This document shows positions 46,803-59,895 of a stretch of DNA of 64,000 nucleotides, in pieces. A program made the position numbers and the translations under genes. Below the pieces are notes generated by a model. It made no database searches. It saw only the letters and a list, made by a program, of their open reading frames with translations, and was not told the origin of the DNA. This stretch comes from Chthoniobacteraceae bacterium. GTDB lineage: Bacteria > Verrucomicrobiota > Verrucomicrobiia > Chthoniobacterales > Chthoniobacteraceae. The stretch spans positions 1 through 64,000 of the forward strand of contig JBBCKI010000001.1 of assembly GCA_037190965.1 (NCBI GenBank), read 5' to 3'. Every line of letters begins with the position of its first letter. The stretch's first letter is position 1.

Positions 46803-47558
46803 ATGTCTGCCGAATTTCTCCTGATCGACATCAGCAATTCATTTACCAAGCTCACCGTCTCCTCGCGCGAGGCGCTGCAAGGCGAGGTCGTCCGCATTTC
46901 CACGCCCAAGCTCACCGCACCGGCACTCAAACGCGCCGCCGGTCCGGCCTCCGCCTTCAGGGCAGTCATTCTCTCCAGTGTCGTCCCCTCCGCCGTCGCC
47001 GCCGTAAAGGCGTATGCGGGCAAAACCCCGTTGCTGCAAATCAGCCATAAAGTGAAACTCGGCATCGGCATCGACTATCCCAAGCCCGCCAGCATCGGCG
47101 CGGATCGCCTTGCCAACGCGGCGGGCGCCGCCGTCTTCTATGGAACGCCGACGGTCGTGGTCGATTTCGGCACCGCCGTCACCTTCGATGTTCTCGGCGG
47201 ACCCAAGGCGCACCCCGCCTATCTCGGCGGCGTCATCGCGCCGGGTTTGGAAGCGATGACCCATTACCTTCACCAGCGGACGGCGCTTCTGCCGCAGATC
47301 GACCTGCGCGAACCTGAAAGTGCCATCGGCAAATCGACGCTCGACGCCATGCTTGCCGGGGCGATCTTTGGCTACCGGGGGCTCGTGCGGGAGATTCTCG
47401 AATCCCTTCGCCGCGAGTTAAAGGCGGGGAAACGGCTAAAAGTCGTCGCCACCGGCGGATATGCGGAACTTATCGCGCAACGGCTTCCCGAGATCGGGCA
47501 TCTCCATCCCAACCTTACCCTCGAAGGGCTCCGCGTTATCGCCAGGTTGAATTTTTGA
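46803..47558 (+). CDS. coaX: Type III pantothenate kinase
   Basis: LIDISNS.TK, SSVVP, GADR, VDFGTA.TFD, GG.I.PG, VATGG, L.LEGL. Confidence 0.94.
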   Translation: MSAEFLLIDISNSFTKLTVSSREALQGEVVRISTPKLTAPALKRAAGPASAFRAVILSSVVPSAVAAVKAYAGKTPLLQISHKVKLGIGIDYPKPASIGADRLANAAGAAVFYGTPTVVVDFGTAVTFDVLGGPKAHPAYLGGVIAPGLEAMTHYLHQRTALLPQIDLREPESAIGKSTLDAMLAGAIFGYRGLVREILESLRRELKAGKRLKVVATGGYAELIAQRLPEIGHLHPNLTLEGLRVIARLNF

Positions 47559-47616
47559 GCGCTCCCGCGAAGGAAGGCTTTGCAGCCCGCCCGGCCTTAC
47601 GATAAATAGCGCCCCC

Positions 47617-48579
47617 ATGACGACGCTGATTCAGCCCCTTGCCCCGCTTGCCATTGGAATCGACTTTGGAGGGACCTCCATCAAGTTCGCGCTCGTGCGC
47701 GGGGGCGAGATCATCGAACGCGGCAACAGCCTCGACACCCAATACCTCGGCTCGTCGGAAGCCATCCTTGACGCCATGGTGGAAGAGATCGCCCGGATCG
47801 CCAAAGCGCATCCCGGCGTCGCCGCCGTCGGAGCGGGGCTTCCTGGGATGATCGACGCCACCAACGGTATCGTACACGAGCTTTCCAACGTCCCCGGCTG
47901 GCGTGATGTTAACCTTCGCGACCTCCTCATCCAGCGCACCGGCCTTCCCACCGTCGTCGATAACGACGCAAAGGCAATGACTTACGCCGAGTGGCGCTTC
48001 GGGGCGGCCAATAACCAGCCCAACGTCATCTGTGTCACCCTCGGCACGGGGGTCGGTGGCGGGCTGATCCTCGATGGAAAACTCTATCGCGGTAACGGCA
48101 ACGGCGCGGGCGAGATCGGCCAGGCGAGCATCGACATTCACGGCGTCCCCGCTCACTACGGGAACTCGGGCGCTCTGGAAAAATACGTCGGCAACCGCCA
48201 GATCGCGGAACGCGCCCAACTCCGCTACCGCGAAGCCGGCTCGGAACGGGTCCTCGACGAATGCACCCCCGCCGCCCTCTCAAAAGCCGCGGCCGCGGGC
48301 GATCCTGTCGCAAAAGCCGTCTGGAATGAAATCGGCACCGAAATCGGCGCGGGACTCTCCAACCTTGTCTGGCTGCTTAACCCTGATTGCATCGTCATCG
48401 GCGGCGGCGTCGCCCAGGCGGGCGAAATCCTCTTCGAGCCCATCCGCGCAACCATCTGCGCCCGCACCATGCCGGTCTACTTTTCAAATCTCGACATCGT
48501 CCCCGCCGCCCTCGGCAGCGACGCCGGTGTCATCGGCGCGGCGGCGCTCGGCGTCGCAAGCCTTAAGGCAGTCGTGTAG
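47617..48579 (+). CDS. ROK family sugar kinase (glucokinase-like)
   Basis: GIDFGGT, G.PG, DNDA, TLGTGVGGG, AGEIG, IGGGV. Confidence 0.92.
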   Translation: MTTLIQPLAPLAIGIDFGGTSIKFALVRGGEIIERGNSLDTQYLGSSEAILDAMVEEIARIAKAHPGVAAVGAGLPGMIDATNGIVHELSNVPGWRDVNLRDLLIQRTGLPTVVDNDAKAMTYAEWRFGAANNQPNVICVTLGTGVGGGLILDGKLYRGNGNGAGEIGQASIDIHGVPAHYGNSGALEKYVGNRQIAERAQLRYREAGSERVLDECTPAALSKAAAAGDPVAKAVWNEIGTEIGAGLSNLVWLLNPDCIVIGGGVAQAGEILFEPIRATICARTMPVYFSNLDIVPAALGSDAGVIGAAALGVASLKAVV

Positions 48580-48595
48580 AGGCCGGGGCGAAAGA

Positions 48596-48731
48596 TGGCG
48601 CGGAAGCGCGGGTATCGGCGCTCGCGGCTTTATTTGAGCCACATTCCCACAACCGATAGCCCGTCCAGCGGAGATGAGGGTCAAATGCGCACCCTCGTCA
48701 AATCCCTCGCTCTCGGCGAGAGCGGACTACC
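48596..48731 (+). repeat. REPIN family 1, degenerate copy (left REP largely deleted)
   Basis: gcgcgggtatcgg ... cgctctcggcgagagcggactacc. Confidence 0.7.
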
Positions 48732-48737
48732 TGATAA

Positions 48738-49229
48738 CTACCGAACCGAAACCACCCGGTACTCGTTCTTCTCGCGCCCGATCTCGACCATCAGCTTATC
48801 ACCCTGCTTTTTCCCCTGGAGTTGACGCCCAAGCGGGGATTGCGGCGTGATGACGAGGGTTTGCTTTCCCTCGTGTTCGATTTCCGTCCCTCCCGCCTTG
48901 GGGCCGATGAAGTAAAAAGCCCGCTCCCCTCCCCTGCCGGATAGCGACTCCAACTCGACCCACGCTCCCATGTCGATCAAATCACCGGGGCCGAAATCAT
49001 GCGGTTCGAGCAATGTATAGGCTTGTTTGGCAAACTGGATCTCCGCGATTTGCTGTGACTGGCCATGCGCCAGGTACGACGCCTCGAGCCCCCGGGTGTC
49101 GTATTTGTTCTCCGCCTTGCTCTGCTCGTGAGTGGCTTCCTCATGGGCGGCGCGCGCCGACTTTGCATACATCTCCAGTTCGCTCGTCAGGGCGGCGATG
49201 ATTTTTTCGATGAGGGCGGTCTTATTCAC
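48738..49229 (-). CDS. GreA/GreB-like transcription elongation factor family protein
   Basis: ENKYDTRGLEASYLA.GQ; ITP.SPLG..L.GK..GD. GTG start at 49229. Confidence 0.85.
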   Translation of the reverse strand: MNKTALIEKIIAALTSELEMYAKSARAAHEEATHEQSKAENKYDTRGLEASYLAHGQSQQIAEIQFAKQAYTLLEPHDFGPGDLIDMGAWVELESLSGRGGERAFYFIGPKAGGTEIEHEGKQTLVITPQSPLGRQLQGKKQGDKLMVEIGREKNEYRVVSVR

Positions 49230-49246
49230 GGGCCGCACATGAAAGG

Positions 49247-50476
49247 TCAGATTCGCGCGGCACGCAATCTCTCCTTCCACCCAAAGTACGAATACCCGCC
49301 CAACCCCAGCACCGCCGCAAACCCGCCAAATCCGCAAACGGCCCACCAGCCGCCCCACCGCCAGCAGAGCGCGCCAAGGTAAGACCCCAATGCGCCGCCA
49401 AGAAAATAGCTAACCATGTAAACCATGTTGAGGCGGCTCCGTGCAGCCGGGTCGATGCCGTAAATGCGGGTCTGACTGGCGACATGCCCGACCTGTACAC
49501 CGAGATCCATCAGGATGACGCCCACGATCAACCCAGCCATGCTCGTTCCCATGAGTCCAAGCACCACAAAAGACAAGAGCGTGACCAGGAGGGCGGCCAA
49601 AATCGTGATCCGCGGCCCATGCTTGTCCGCGAGGTGACCGACCGTGGGAGCGCCCGCCGCGCCGACCGCGCCGATGAGACCAAACAGCCCCGCAACAGCA
49701 CTCCCGTAGCCGTAAGCGGGCGACTCGAGAAAGAAAATCAGCGTCGTCCAGAATGCGCTGAAGGCGCAGAAAAACATGGCTCCGAGAAACGCCGATTCGC
49801 GAAGCGCAGGATAGCGCCGGATCAACCCGAATGCCGAGCGCATCAACGCCAGCCACGAGAGCGACACGTGGGGGCGGCTGACAGGAAGCCGGAGTCGAAC
49901 CACCGTCGCCAGCAGGAGCATCGCCACTGCCCCGCAGAGGTAAACGGCGCGCCACCCGAATGCCGCGCCCACCAAGCCGCTGAAGGTACGCGCCAGCAGA
50001 ATCCCCAGCAGCAAGCCGCTCAATACAATCCCCACCACCTTGCCTCGCTGGCTCGGCGCGGCAAGATGCGCGGCAAATGGAAGAACGATATGCACCGTCG
50101 CGGTGGAAGTCCCCACCGCAAAGCTGGCGAGCAAAAGCCACGGAACCGTCTGCGCCGTCGCAAAAAGCGTCAGGATGACCGAGGCCGCCACCAGCAGGGT
50201 GACGATCAGGGTACGTCGTTCCAGCGCATCGCCCAAGGGCACAAAGACGAACATTCCCGTGGCGGTGCCCACCTGGCTGAGCATGGCGACGGCCCCGGCG
50301 CGGCTTGCCGTCAGGCCAAAGGTATTGGCAATGTCGGCAAGCAGCGGCTGCACGTAATAGGCATTCGCGACGACAACGCAAACAATAGCCGCCATCAGCC
50401 AGGCCGTTGCCATGGGGATCGGTTGTTGTTCGATCTCTTCAGCTTCGGGGCTTATTATCGGCATCGTTTCACTCAT
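49247..50476 (-). CDS. MFS transporter
   Basis: About 12 TMs; N.YY.QPLL, PLGD..ERR, RG.VVG....GLL.GILLART, RSRLN..YM. Confidence 0.92.
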   Translation of the reverse strand: MSETMPIISPEAEEIEQQPIPMATAWLMAAIVCVVVANAYYVQPLLADIANTFGLTASRAGAVAMLSQVGTATGMFVFVPLGDALERRTLIVTLLVAASVILTLFATAQTVPWLLLASFAVGTSTATVHIVLPFAAHLAAPSQRGKVVGIVLSGLLLGILLARTFSGLVGAAFGWRAVYLCGAVAMLLLATVVRLRLPVSRPHVSLSWLALMRSAFGLIRRYPALRESAFLGAMFFCAFSAFWTTLIFFLESPAYGYGSAVAGLFGLIGAVGAAGAPTVGHLADKHGPRITILAALLVTLLSFVVLGLMGTSMAGLIVGVILMDLGVQVGHVASQTRIYGIDPAARSRLNMVYMVSYFLGGALGSYLGALCWRWGGWWAVCGFGGFAAVLGLGGYSYFGWKERLRAARI

Positions 50477-50483
50477 TTCACCA

Positions 50484-52157
50484 TCAGTTTGCCTCGATCA
50501 TCTCCCGGTTGGCCGCTCCGGGCGGCACCATCGGGAAGACGTTCTCGTGCTGATGAATCGCAAGATTCACCAGCACCGGCCCCGGCGTGGAGACGGCTTC
50601 GGAAAGCTTCGCAAACAGTTCGCACGGTTCGCAGGTATCGTCCAGATCGAATGCCTTGATGCCGAACGCTCGCGCGGCGGCGGCGAAATCGGGCTGGGAA
50701 GCGAAACGCGAGGCGGAATACCGCCCGTTGTAAAAAAGCTCCTGCTGCTGTCGCACCATGCCGAGATGCGCGTTGTTGAGGATGATCGTCGTCACGTCAA
50801 GATTCAGCTCCGCCAGCGTAACCAGCTCCTGAATATTCATCAGGATGGAGCCATCCCCCGTCACGCAAACCACCCGGCGTCCCGGCGCGGCCAGCGCGGC
50901 CCCGATGGCGGCGGGCAGCCCGAACCCCATTGTCCCAAGCCCGCCGGAGGTGAGCCACGTGCGCGGTTCGCTGAAAGGATAGCCTTGCGCCATCCACATC
51001 TGATGCTGCCCCACGTCGGTCGTCAGGATCGCGTCCTTGGGGAGCAGCTTGCCGAGCATCTTGCAGAAATCGAGCGGATGAAACGTCTCTCCCCGGCTCT
51101 CCAGCGTCAGGGGATAACGCTTCTTGAGGTCCTGCACACGCTCCCTCCATCCCGCGCACTCGCGCGCGGGCAACGAGGGGAGCACATCGCGCAACACCTG
51201 CCGGGCATCGGCAACGATCGCCAGGTTGGCGGGCTTGATCTTGCCGATCTCTGACGGGTCGATGTCGATATGCGCGATGGTAGCATGCTTGCAGAACTCC
51301 GTCGCCTTTCCTGTGGCGCGGTCGTCAAAGCGGACGCCGATGGCGATCAACAGATCGGCCTCGTCGAGCACCTGATTGGTGGAACGCGCCCCGTGCATCC
51401 CCAGCATCCCGAGCGAAAGCGGATGCTTGGCGGGGATCGCCCCCAGACCCATGAGCGTCGAAGCCATGGGCGCGCCGATGCGCTCGGCCAGCTCCAGCAC
51501 CAGCGCCCCGGCTTCCGAAGCAATCACCCCGCCGCCGATATAGAGCACGGGCCGCTCCGCCCGGGCGATCATCTGCGCGAGCCGCGTGATCTCTTCGGGC
51601 GTACACGGTTCCGATGGGAGCGCCGCTCCCGGCTCGGGCCATTGCTCCACCTCAATTTCGCCCAGCAACACATCCTTGGGAATGTCGATGACCACCGGCC
51701 CGGGCCTCCCCGATTGCGCGATCTCGAAGGCACGCGGCACGATCTCCAACAGCTCCTCCGTCCGCATCACCAGAAAATTGTGTTTGGTGATCGGCAGCGT
51801 GAGCGCGTAGGTGTCCACCTCCTGAAACGCATCGGTGCCGAGCAACGCCGTCGGCACCTGCCCGGTGATGGCGACCAGCGGAACGGAGTCGAGCTTGGCG
51901 TCGGCGATCGCCGTCAGCAAATTCGTCGCGCCGGGGCCGGAAGTGCCGAGGCAGACGGCGGCGCGGCCGGTCACCCGCGCCATGCCGTGGGCGATGAATC
52001 CGGCCCCCTGCTCGTGCCGGGCGAGGATGTGCGCGATGGCGCTCTCGTGCAGCGCATCATAGAGCGGGAGATTCGCTCCCCCGGGAATGCCGGAAAGCGT
52101 GTGAATTCCCTGGCGTTCCAGGAGGCGACAGATGATTTGGGCTCCGTTGAGCTTCAT
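50484..52157 (-). CDS. ilvB: Acetolactate synthase large subunit
   Basis: GIPGGA, RHEQGA, TSGPGATN, AFQE.D, GRPGPV, RFDDR, DVGQHQMW, SGGLGTMGFG, GDGS. Confidence 0.96.
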   Translation of the reverse strand: MKLNGAQIICRLLERQGIHTLSGIPGGANLPLYDALHESAIAHILARHEQGAGFIAHGMARVTGRAAVCLGTSGPGATNLLTAIADAKLDSVPLVAITGQVPTALLGTDAFQEVDTYALTLPITKHNFLVMRTEELLEIVPRAFEIAQSGRPGPVVIDIPKDVLLGEIEVEQWPEPGAALPSEPCTPEEITRLAQMIARAERPVLYIGGGVIASEAGALVLELAERIGAPMASTLMGLGAIPAKHPLSLGMLGMHGARSTNQVLDEADLLIAIGVRFDDRATGKATEFCKHATIAHIDIDPSEIGKIKPANLAIVADARQVLRDVLPSLPARECAGWRERVQDLKKRYPLTLESRGETFHPLDFCKMLGKLLPKDAILTTDVGQHQMWMAQGYPFSEPRTWLTSGGLGTMGFGLPAAIGAALAAPGRRVVCVTGDGSILMNIQELVTLAELNLDVTTIILNNAHLGMVRQQQELFYNGRYSASRFASQPDFAAAARAFGIKAFDLDDTCEPCELFAKLSEAVSTPGPVLVNLAIHQHENVFPMVPPGAANREMIEAN

Positions 52158-52204
52158 TGATTTTGAGGTTTTTTGGACCTTCGGCGCCGCCGGGCTGAGA
52201 GGGT

Positions 52205-52250
52205 AAAAACAACAACCCCCGTCCGGCTTGCGCCGGAAGGGGGTTTGTTC
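52205..52250 (-). terminator. Attenuator terminator of the ilvB leader
   Basis: Minus strand: aacccc..ttccgg-cgcaag-ccggacggggg-ttgttgtttt; GC-rich stem followed by a U-rich tail. Confidence 0.8.
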
Positions 52251-52276
52251 AGTTGCTTTTGATTCTGAAAAATTCC

Positions 52277-52393
52277 TTACCGGACGCAAGAAGTGGCTAC
52301 GCTTACTACAAGCACGACGAGCGCAGCCTGAGCGGCTACGCTTACGAGGGCTACAGCAGGGCTGCGGCGGTTCTGGCGATCAGCAAGGATCAT
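52277..52393 (-). CDS. Branched-chain amino acid leader peptide (attenuator)
   Basis: MILADRQNRRSPAVALVSVAAQAALVVLVVSVATSCVR: 9 Val, 4 Leu, 1 Ile in 38 aa, directly before the terminator and ilvB. Confidence 0.75.
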   Translation of the reverse strand: MILADRQNRRSPAVALVSVAAQAALVVLVVSVATSCVR

Positions 52394-52438
52394 CGAGCCC
52401 TGATTAGTAACGAGGCGGAAAACGAATGTCAACCAAAT

Positions 52439-52612
52439 GGTGCGGAAGCACCGGTAGCCCGCTCTCGCCGAGAGCGCGGGTATCGGTAAAGAGTCGCGTT
52501 CGGCATTCATCCCCGCCGGACGGGCTGCCGCTATTGGGACGAGGCCTCATTCAGCCACGGAAGCCCATACCCGCGCTCGGCGGCGCGAGCGGGCTACCGG
52601 TGCTTCCGCACC
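52439..52612 (-). repeat. REPIN family 1, copy with the ggtgcggaagcacc flank at both ends
   Basis: ggtgcggaagcaccGGTAGCCCGCTC ... GAGCGGGCTACCggtgcttccgcacc. Confidence 0.9.
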
Positions 52613-52635
52613 CTTCTCGTAGCTTCGGGCAGCGG

Positions 52636-55481
<2,846 letters not shown>

Positions 55482-55491
55482 AGAAAAGCGA

Positions 55492-56244
55492 TCAAATCCG
55501 CCACGCCGAACGGTGCGTCCCAAACTCGGAGACTTCGCCGGAGGTCTTCCGCGCCACATAAAACGTGATGCCGATGACGATGCAGAAGGTCGTGAGAAAA
55601 AGCACGGCGACAGCCCAGCTGGGGAGCCCATGAACGGCGAGCGCTCGATAAAAAGCCGCCGCCCCGTTGATCGGCTCTTTCGCGTGCATGAAGATTTTGG
55701 CGATCCAGGCGGCGAGGATCACCAGGTAAAGAAAGATGTAGTTGCGCTTCATGCGCCGCCCCACCGCCTCCAGCTTGCTGATCTTGAAGGAAGGGAGCAG
55801 GAGATCCTCGCACACCAGTTTCTGCCACTCGCCATGAAGCATCTGGGTGTTCTGCATCACCATCGGCACCAGAAAGTGCGCCTCCAGCATCCGGACCCGC
55901 GCGCGAAAGGCGTCATAGAACCGATACCGCCGCGATTCGATCCAGAGCATGATGGAGACGATGCAGATGTTGAAAAAGAAAATGATATGAGGCACCTCCC
56001 TGAAGGAGAACGCGACGGTGAAGATGGTGGTCGTCGTCGTAATGGCCCAGGTGGTGGTAGCATCGAGCCGCGCCCGCCAGGCCATAATGCGGGAGATCTC
56101 TCCCCGATAAAAATGAGACATCGCCGTGACGTACTCGCTGGCGAACAACGGTTGCGACGGCCCGGGTTTCCTAAAGAAAGCCGGCGGGTCCGCGGGAACT
56201 TCGGCGTCTTTGGGATCGTTCGGTGCGTCGATGCTCATGCCCAT
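55492..56244 (-). CDS. DUF2270-type membrane protein
   Basis: H.YRGE..R...WR.RLD.TT.WA, IE.RRYR.Y...R.RVR.LE. Confidence 0.8.
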   Translation of the reverse strand: MGMSIDAPNDPKDAEVPADPPAFFRKPGPSQPLFASEYVTAMSHFYRGEISRIMAWRARLDATTTWAITTTTTIFTVAFSFREVPHIIFFFNICIVSIMLWIESRRYRFYDAFRARVRMLEAHFLVPMVMQNTQMLHGEWQKLVCEDLLLPSFKISKLEAVGRRMKRNYIFLYLVILAAWIAKIFMHAKEPINGAAAFYRALAVHGLPSWAVAVLFLTTFCIVIGITFYVARKTSGEVSEFGTHRSAWRI

Positions 56245-56282
56245 TGAACCTAGAGCCGACTTGTCCGTTTTTGAAGCGTTTT

Positions 56283-57134
56283 TCAGGAACGCGGTTCCCG
56301 CCGGGCGAGAAGTTCCTCCCGGGCCTTCTCCAGCGCGGCGCGCTCTCCAGGCGTCAGGCTCTCCATCCCCTCGCTGGCGATCTTATCGAGCAGCGGATCG
56401 ATGGTTTCCATGGGGTCGCGCCGGATGGAGGGCGGCTTTGCCGGCCCCCCCGCGCGTCCCACGCGCTCAGGGCTCCTCCATCCCCAGGAAAACCTTGGCA
56501 TCGAGACGGTGCCGCGCATCCACCCGATAAACAGAAGGGCTACGCCCGCATCGGAAAGGAGGGCGCAAAAACTCGACCATTGATGCGTGGCGAGGTAAAA
56601 GGCGGCATAAAGCGCAACAAGCCCCCCGGCCAACCAGCGAGCCTGGATGCGCAGAAAAAACTCGACGCCGGGATAGAGCGCGGCGAATGCTACAAAAATG
56701 GCGAAGTGGACATGCCCCGATCCATTCAACCCGAAGGTAAAACCCGGGAAAACCAACGCGAGCCCCGTGAGCAACACCGGCGGGGTAAGGATGAGAATCG
56801 CGTAAAGGAGCAAGTAATGGCGACGCCCGATGTACCGCTCCACCTCCCGCCCGAAGGCATAGAGGAGAAACATCTCAATGGCGAAGAAGATCGGATTGTT
56901 GAGCGGCTGCACCAGCACGTAGGTTGCCCATTGCCAGATTGCCCCAAAGCGCAGCACCTCGGCGCTTCGAAAAACGAGCGGCCCACTCAGCGGGTCGATA
57001 TGCAGCGCCTGCGCCATCCAACCCGCCAGGAGCGCAGCCACATGCAACGCAACCAGCAGCGTCGTGGCGTAAATCGGAACGCCACGCGCCCAGGTCAACG
57101 GCTCGAAGTCATCGTTTTCGCGAAAGACGATCAT
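56283..57134 (-). CDS. Rhomboid-like membrane protein with C-terminal ID.LLDKI...G..SLT..E domain
   Basis: WQ..TY, LY.FG..VE...G, FA.LYP; canonical catalytic motifs degenerate. Confidence 0.75.
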   Translation of the reverse strand: MIVFRENDDFEPLTWARGVPIYATTLLVALHVAALLAGWMAQALHIDPLSGPLVFRSAEVLRFGAIWQWATYVLVQPLNNPIFFAIEMFLLYAFGREVERYIGRRHYLLLYAILILTPPVLLTGLALVFPGFTFGLNGSGHVHFAIFVAFAALYPGVEFFLRIQARWLAGGLVALYAAFYLATHQWSSFCALLSDAGVALLFIGWMRGTVSMPRFSWGWRSPERVGRAGGPAKPPSIRRDPMETIDPLLDKIASEGMESLTPGERAALEKAREELLARREPRS

Positions 57135-57342
57135 TTCAGGGAAATTATGAAACGGGGCTTGCGGGTTGCGGAAAGACCGCCGCGCCAACCGCGCCGTGGC
57201 TCGTCTTTCTCCCCGCAATCCGCATTCCAGCATCCGCAATCGACATTCCTTCCGCCAACTTGCCAAGCCTTGTGCGTTTTAGCAAGGGGCGCTCACAGAC
57301 AGAACGGAACAATGCCCTTTTCCGGTCTCTTTTTTTAAGCTT

Positions 57343-59109
57343 ATGGAAATCATCGGACAAAAACCCTCCAATCCTGCTCTCCTCGAATTTGTCCGCGAAA
57401 CGGCGGACCTCTGCCAGCCCGATCGCGTCGTATGGATCGACGGCTCCGAGCAGGAAAAGGAGGCTCTTTACAAACAGGCGGTCGAGCAGGGCGCTCTCAT
57501 CAAGCTCAACCAGGAGAAGTTGCCGGGGTGTTACTACCATCGCTCCAACCCAAACGATGTCGCCCGCGTGGAACAATGCACCTTCATCTGCACGCCTCAT
57601 GAGGAAGAGGCCGGCCCCACCAACAACTGGGCGGACCCCGTAAAGATGCACGCCAAGCTTCGCGAGATGCTGCAAGGCGCGATGAAAGGCCGGACGATGT
57701 ACGTCATCCCGTACCTGATGGGGCCGGCGGGATCGCCGCTCTCCAAGGTGGGGGTGGAAATTACGGATTCCATTTACGTCGTGCTCAACATGCGGATCAT
57801 GAGTCGGATGGGCAAAGTGGCCCTCGATCATCTGGGAGAGAGCGCGGACTTCAACCGGGGCGTTCACAGCACGCTCGATTGCAACCCGGAGCGCCGTTAC
57901 ATCTCCCACTTCCCGCACGAAAACATGATCATCTCCGTCGGCTCGGGCTACGGCGGCAACGCGTTGCTCGGCAAAAAATGCCTGGCCCTGCGGATCGGCT
58001 CCTACCTGGGGCGCGACGAAGGGTGGATGGCGGAGCACATGCTGTTGCTTTGCGTGGAATCGCCCGAGGGGAAAAAGAACTATGTGGCCGCTGCCTTCCC
58101 GAGCGCGTGCGGAAAAACGAACTTCGCGATGATGATCCCGCCGGAGCATTTCAAGGGCTGGAAGATCACCACCGTGGGGGACGACATCGCCTGGATGCGC
58201 CCGGGGCCCGACGGACGGCTCTACGCCATCAATCCGGAGGCGGGTTACTTCGGCGTCGTCCCGGGCACGAATTCACAGTCCAACCCGAACGCGATGAAGA
58301 TGATCCGGCGCGACACGATCTACACCAACGTGGCGCTGACGGACGACCTCGACGTCTGGTGGGAAGGCAAAGACGGCCCGATTCCCGAAAAGCTGACCGA
58401 CTGGAAGGGAAACCCGTGGACGCCCGAATCGCCGGAGAAGGCCGCTCACGCCAACAGCCGCTTCACCACCCCGATGACCAACAACCCTGTGCTCGCCCCG
58501 GAAGCCAATGACCCAGGCGGCGTCCCGATCAGCGCCATCATCTTCGGCGGCCGTCGCGCGAATACCGTGCCGCTGGTGGTGCAGGCCTTCAACTGGAGCC
58601 AGGGCGTCTACCTCGGGGCCAGCATGGGCTCGGAAACGACAGCCGCCGCCGGGGGCGCGCTCGGGCAGGTGCGGCGAGACCCGATGGCGATGCTCCCGTT
58701 CTGCGGTTACAACATGGCGATCTACTTCCGCCATTGGCTGAACATGGGCAAGACGGCGAAATACCTGCCGCTTCTCTTCAATGTAAACTGGTTCCGCAAG
58801 GACTCCGACGGGAACTATCTCTGGCCCGGCTTCGGCGAAAACATGCGCGTGCTCAAATGGATTATCGACCGCTGCAACGGCAACGCCGCCGCCTATGAAT
58901 GCCCCATCGGCTGGATGCCCCTCCCCGACCAGTTCGATCTCGAAGGACTGGAAGGGGTCACCCGTGAAAAGTTCGAGGAGCTTCAGAAGATCGACAAGAA
59001 CGAATGGACCCGGGAGCTCTTGCTTCAAGACGAACTATTCATCAAACTCTATGAGCGGCTGCCCAAGGAAATGGTCTTCCAGCGGGAGTTGTTGATTTCC
59101 AGGCTGTAG
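57343..59109 (+). CDS. pckG: Phosphoenolpyruvate carboxykinase (GTP)
   Basis: [59 protein letters not shown]. Confidence 0.97.
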   Translation: MEIIGQKPSNPALLEFVRETADLCQPDRVVWIDGSEQEKEALYKQAVEQGALIKLNQEKLPGCYYHRSNPNDVARVEQCTFICTPHEEEAGPTNNWADPVKMHAKLREMLQGAMKGRTMYVIPYLMGPAGSPLSKVGVEITDSIYVVLNMRIMSRMGKVALDHLGESADFNRGVHSTLDCNPERRYISHFPHENMIISVGSGYGGNALLGKKCLALRIGSYLGRDEGWMAEHMLLLCVESPEGKKNYVAAAFPSACGKTNFAMMIPPEHFKGWKITTVGDDIAWMRPGPDGRLYAINPEAGYFGVVPGTNSQSNPNAMKMIRRDTIYTNVALTDDLDVWWEGKDGPIPEKLTDWKGNPWTPESPEKAAHANSRFTTPMTNNPVLAPEANDPGGVPISAIIFGGRRANTVPLVVQAFNWSQGVYLGASMGSETTAAAGGALGQVRRDPMAMLPFCGYNMAIYFRHWLNMGKTAKYLPLLFNVNWFRKDSDGNYLWPGFGENMRVLKWIIDRCNGNAAAYECPIGWMPLPDQFDLEGLEGVTREKFEELQKIDKNEWTRELLLQDELFIKLYERLPKEMVFQRELLISRL

Positions 59110-59130
59110 CGACTTCCCGCCCTTAGCCAA

Positions 59131-59895
59131 ATGGCGCCGCTCAAGATCATCCAGGAGAATCTCAAACAAGGGCTCGCTGACGAAGATGGTGAGCCTTGGG
59201 AGATCACGCTTGAGCCGGGGTTAAGCGATGAGGAGATTGCCGGATTCGAACAGAGACTAGGCTTTCGCCTTCCCGAGCCGATTCGCGAGTTGCTTCGGTT
59301 CACCAATGGAATAACCGGCGGCCCGCTGGAGTCCCTCGATTTCAGCTCTTCCGCAGCCTATGTTCAGATCGATGAAGAAAACCGGTTTGGAAATAAAACG
59401 ATAGGGTTCGCTGCCGACGGGTTTGGCAACCACTGGGGCTACGTGCTCAATGAGGGCTCAAAAAATCTCGGGCCAATTTACTACTTCAGCCACGACGCCC
59501 CGGTGTTTTTGTATCAATCCCCGGATCTGTCCCACTTTCTCACCGAAATGTTCAAAATGGGCAAAGCTCCCTTCAAGAGCCTCCTGGATGACGTTCATGA
59601 AGACCGGATCAAGGAAGTATGGAAACAAAACCCGGATCTCATCCCCGTTGGCAAGGCACGCCAATCGTCTGATTCAGTAATAGCGGAATTCGCGCAAACC
59701 CTTCCGGACTCTTGGAAGATCATTGATCTCCGAAACCCGGTCATCGGCGCGGGATTTTCATGGGGCCGATGTCGTGAATTCAGACGCCACGAGCATCTGA
59801 TGATTTTCGGCCTCAATTTCAAGGAACCCTGGTCCTTCTCAAAGTGGCTCTCGCGATTCACGAAGCAGAAACCCCAAATAACAAACCATGAATAA
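59131..59895 (+). CDS. SMI1/KNR4 (SUKH) family protein
   Basis: GLS.EEI..FE..LG..LP...RELL..TNG, FA.DG.GN, GPIYY.SHD. Confidence 0.8.
   Translation: MAPLKIIQENLKQGLADEDGEPWEITLEPGLSDEEIAGFEQRLGFRLPEPIRELLRFTNGITGGPLESLDFSSSAAYVQIDEENRFGNKTIGFAADGFGNHWGYVLNEGSKNLGPIYYFSHDAPVFLYQSPDLSHFLTEMFKMGKAPFKSLLDDVHEDRIKEVWKQNPDLIPVGKARQSSDSVIAEFAQTLPDSWKIIDLRNPVIGAGFSWGRCREFRRHEHLMIFGLNFKEPWSFSKWLSRFTKQKPQITNHE

Noticed and set aside
57155..57241. Heptamer-like TCCGCA(A/T) repeats forming a loose hairpin upstream of pckG; possible riboswitch or ncRNA
   Set aside because: Short and degenerate; matches no RNA motif I can recognise.
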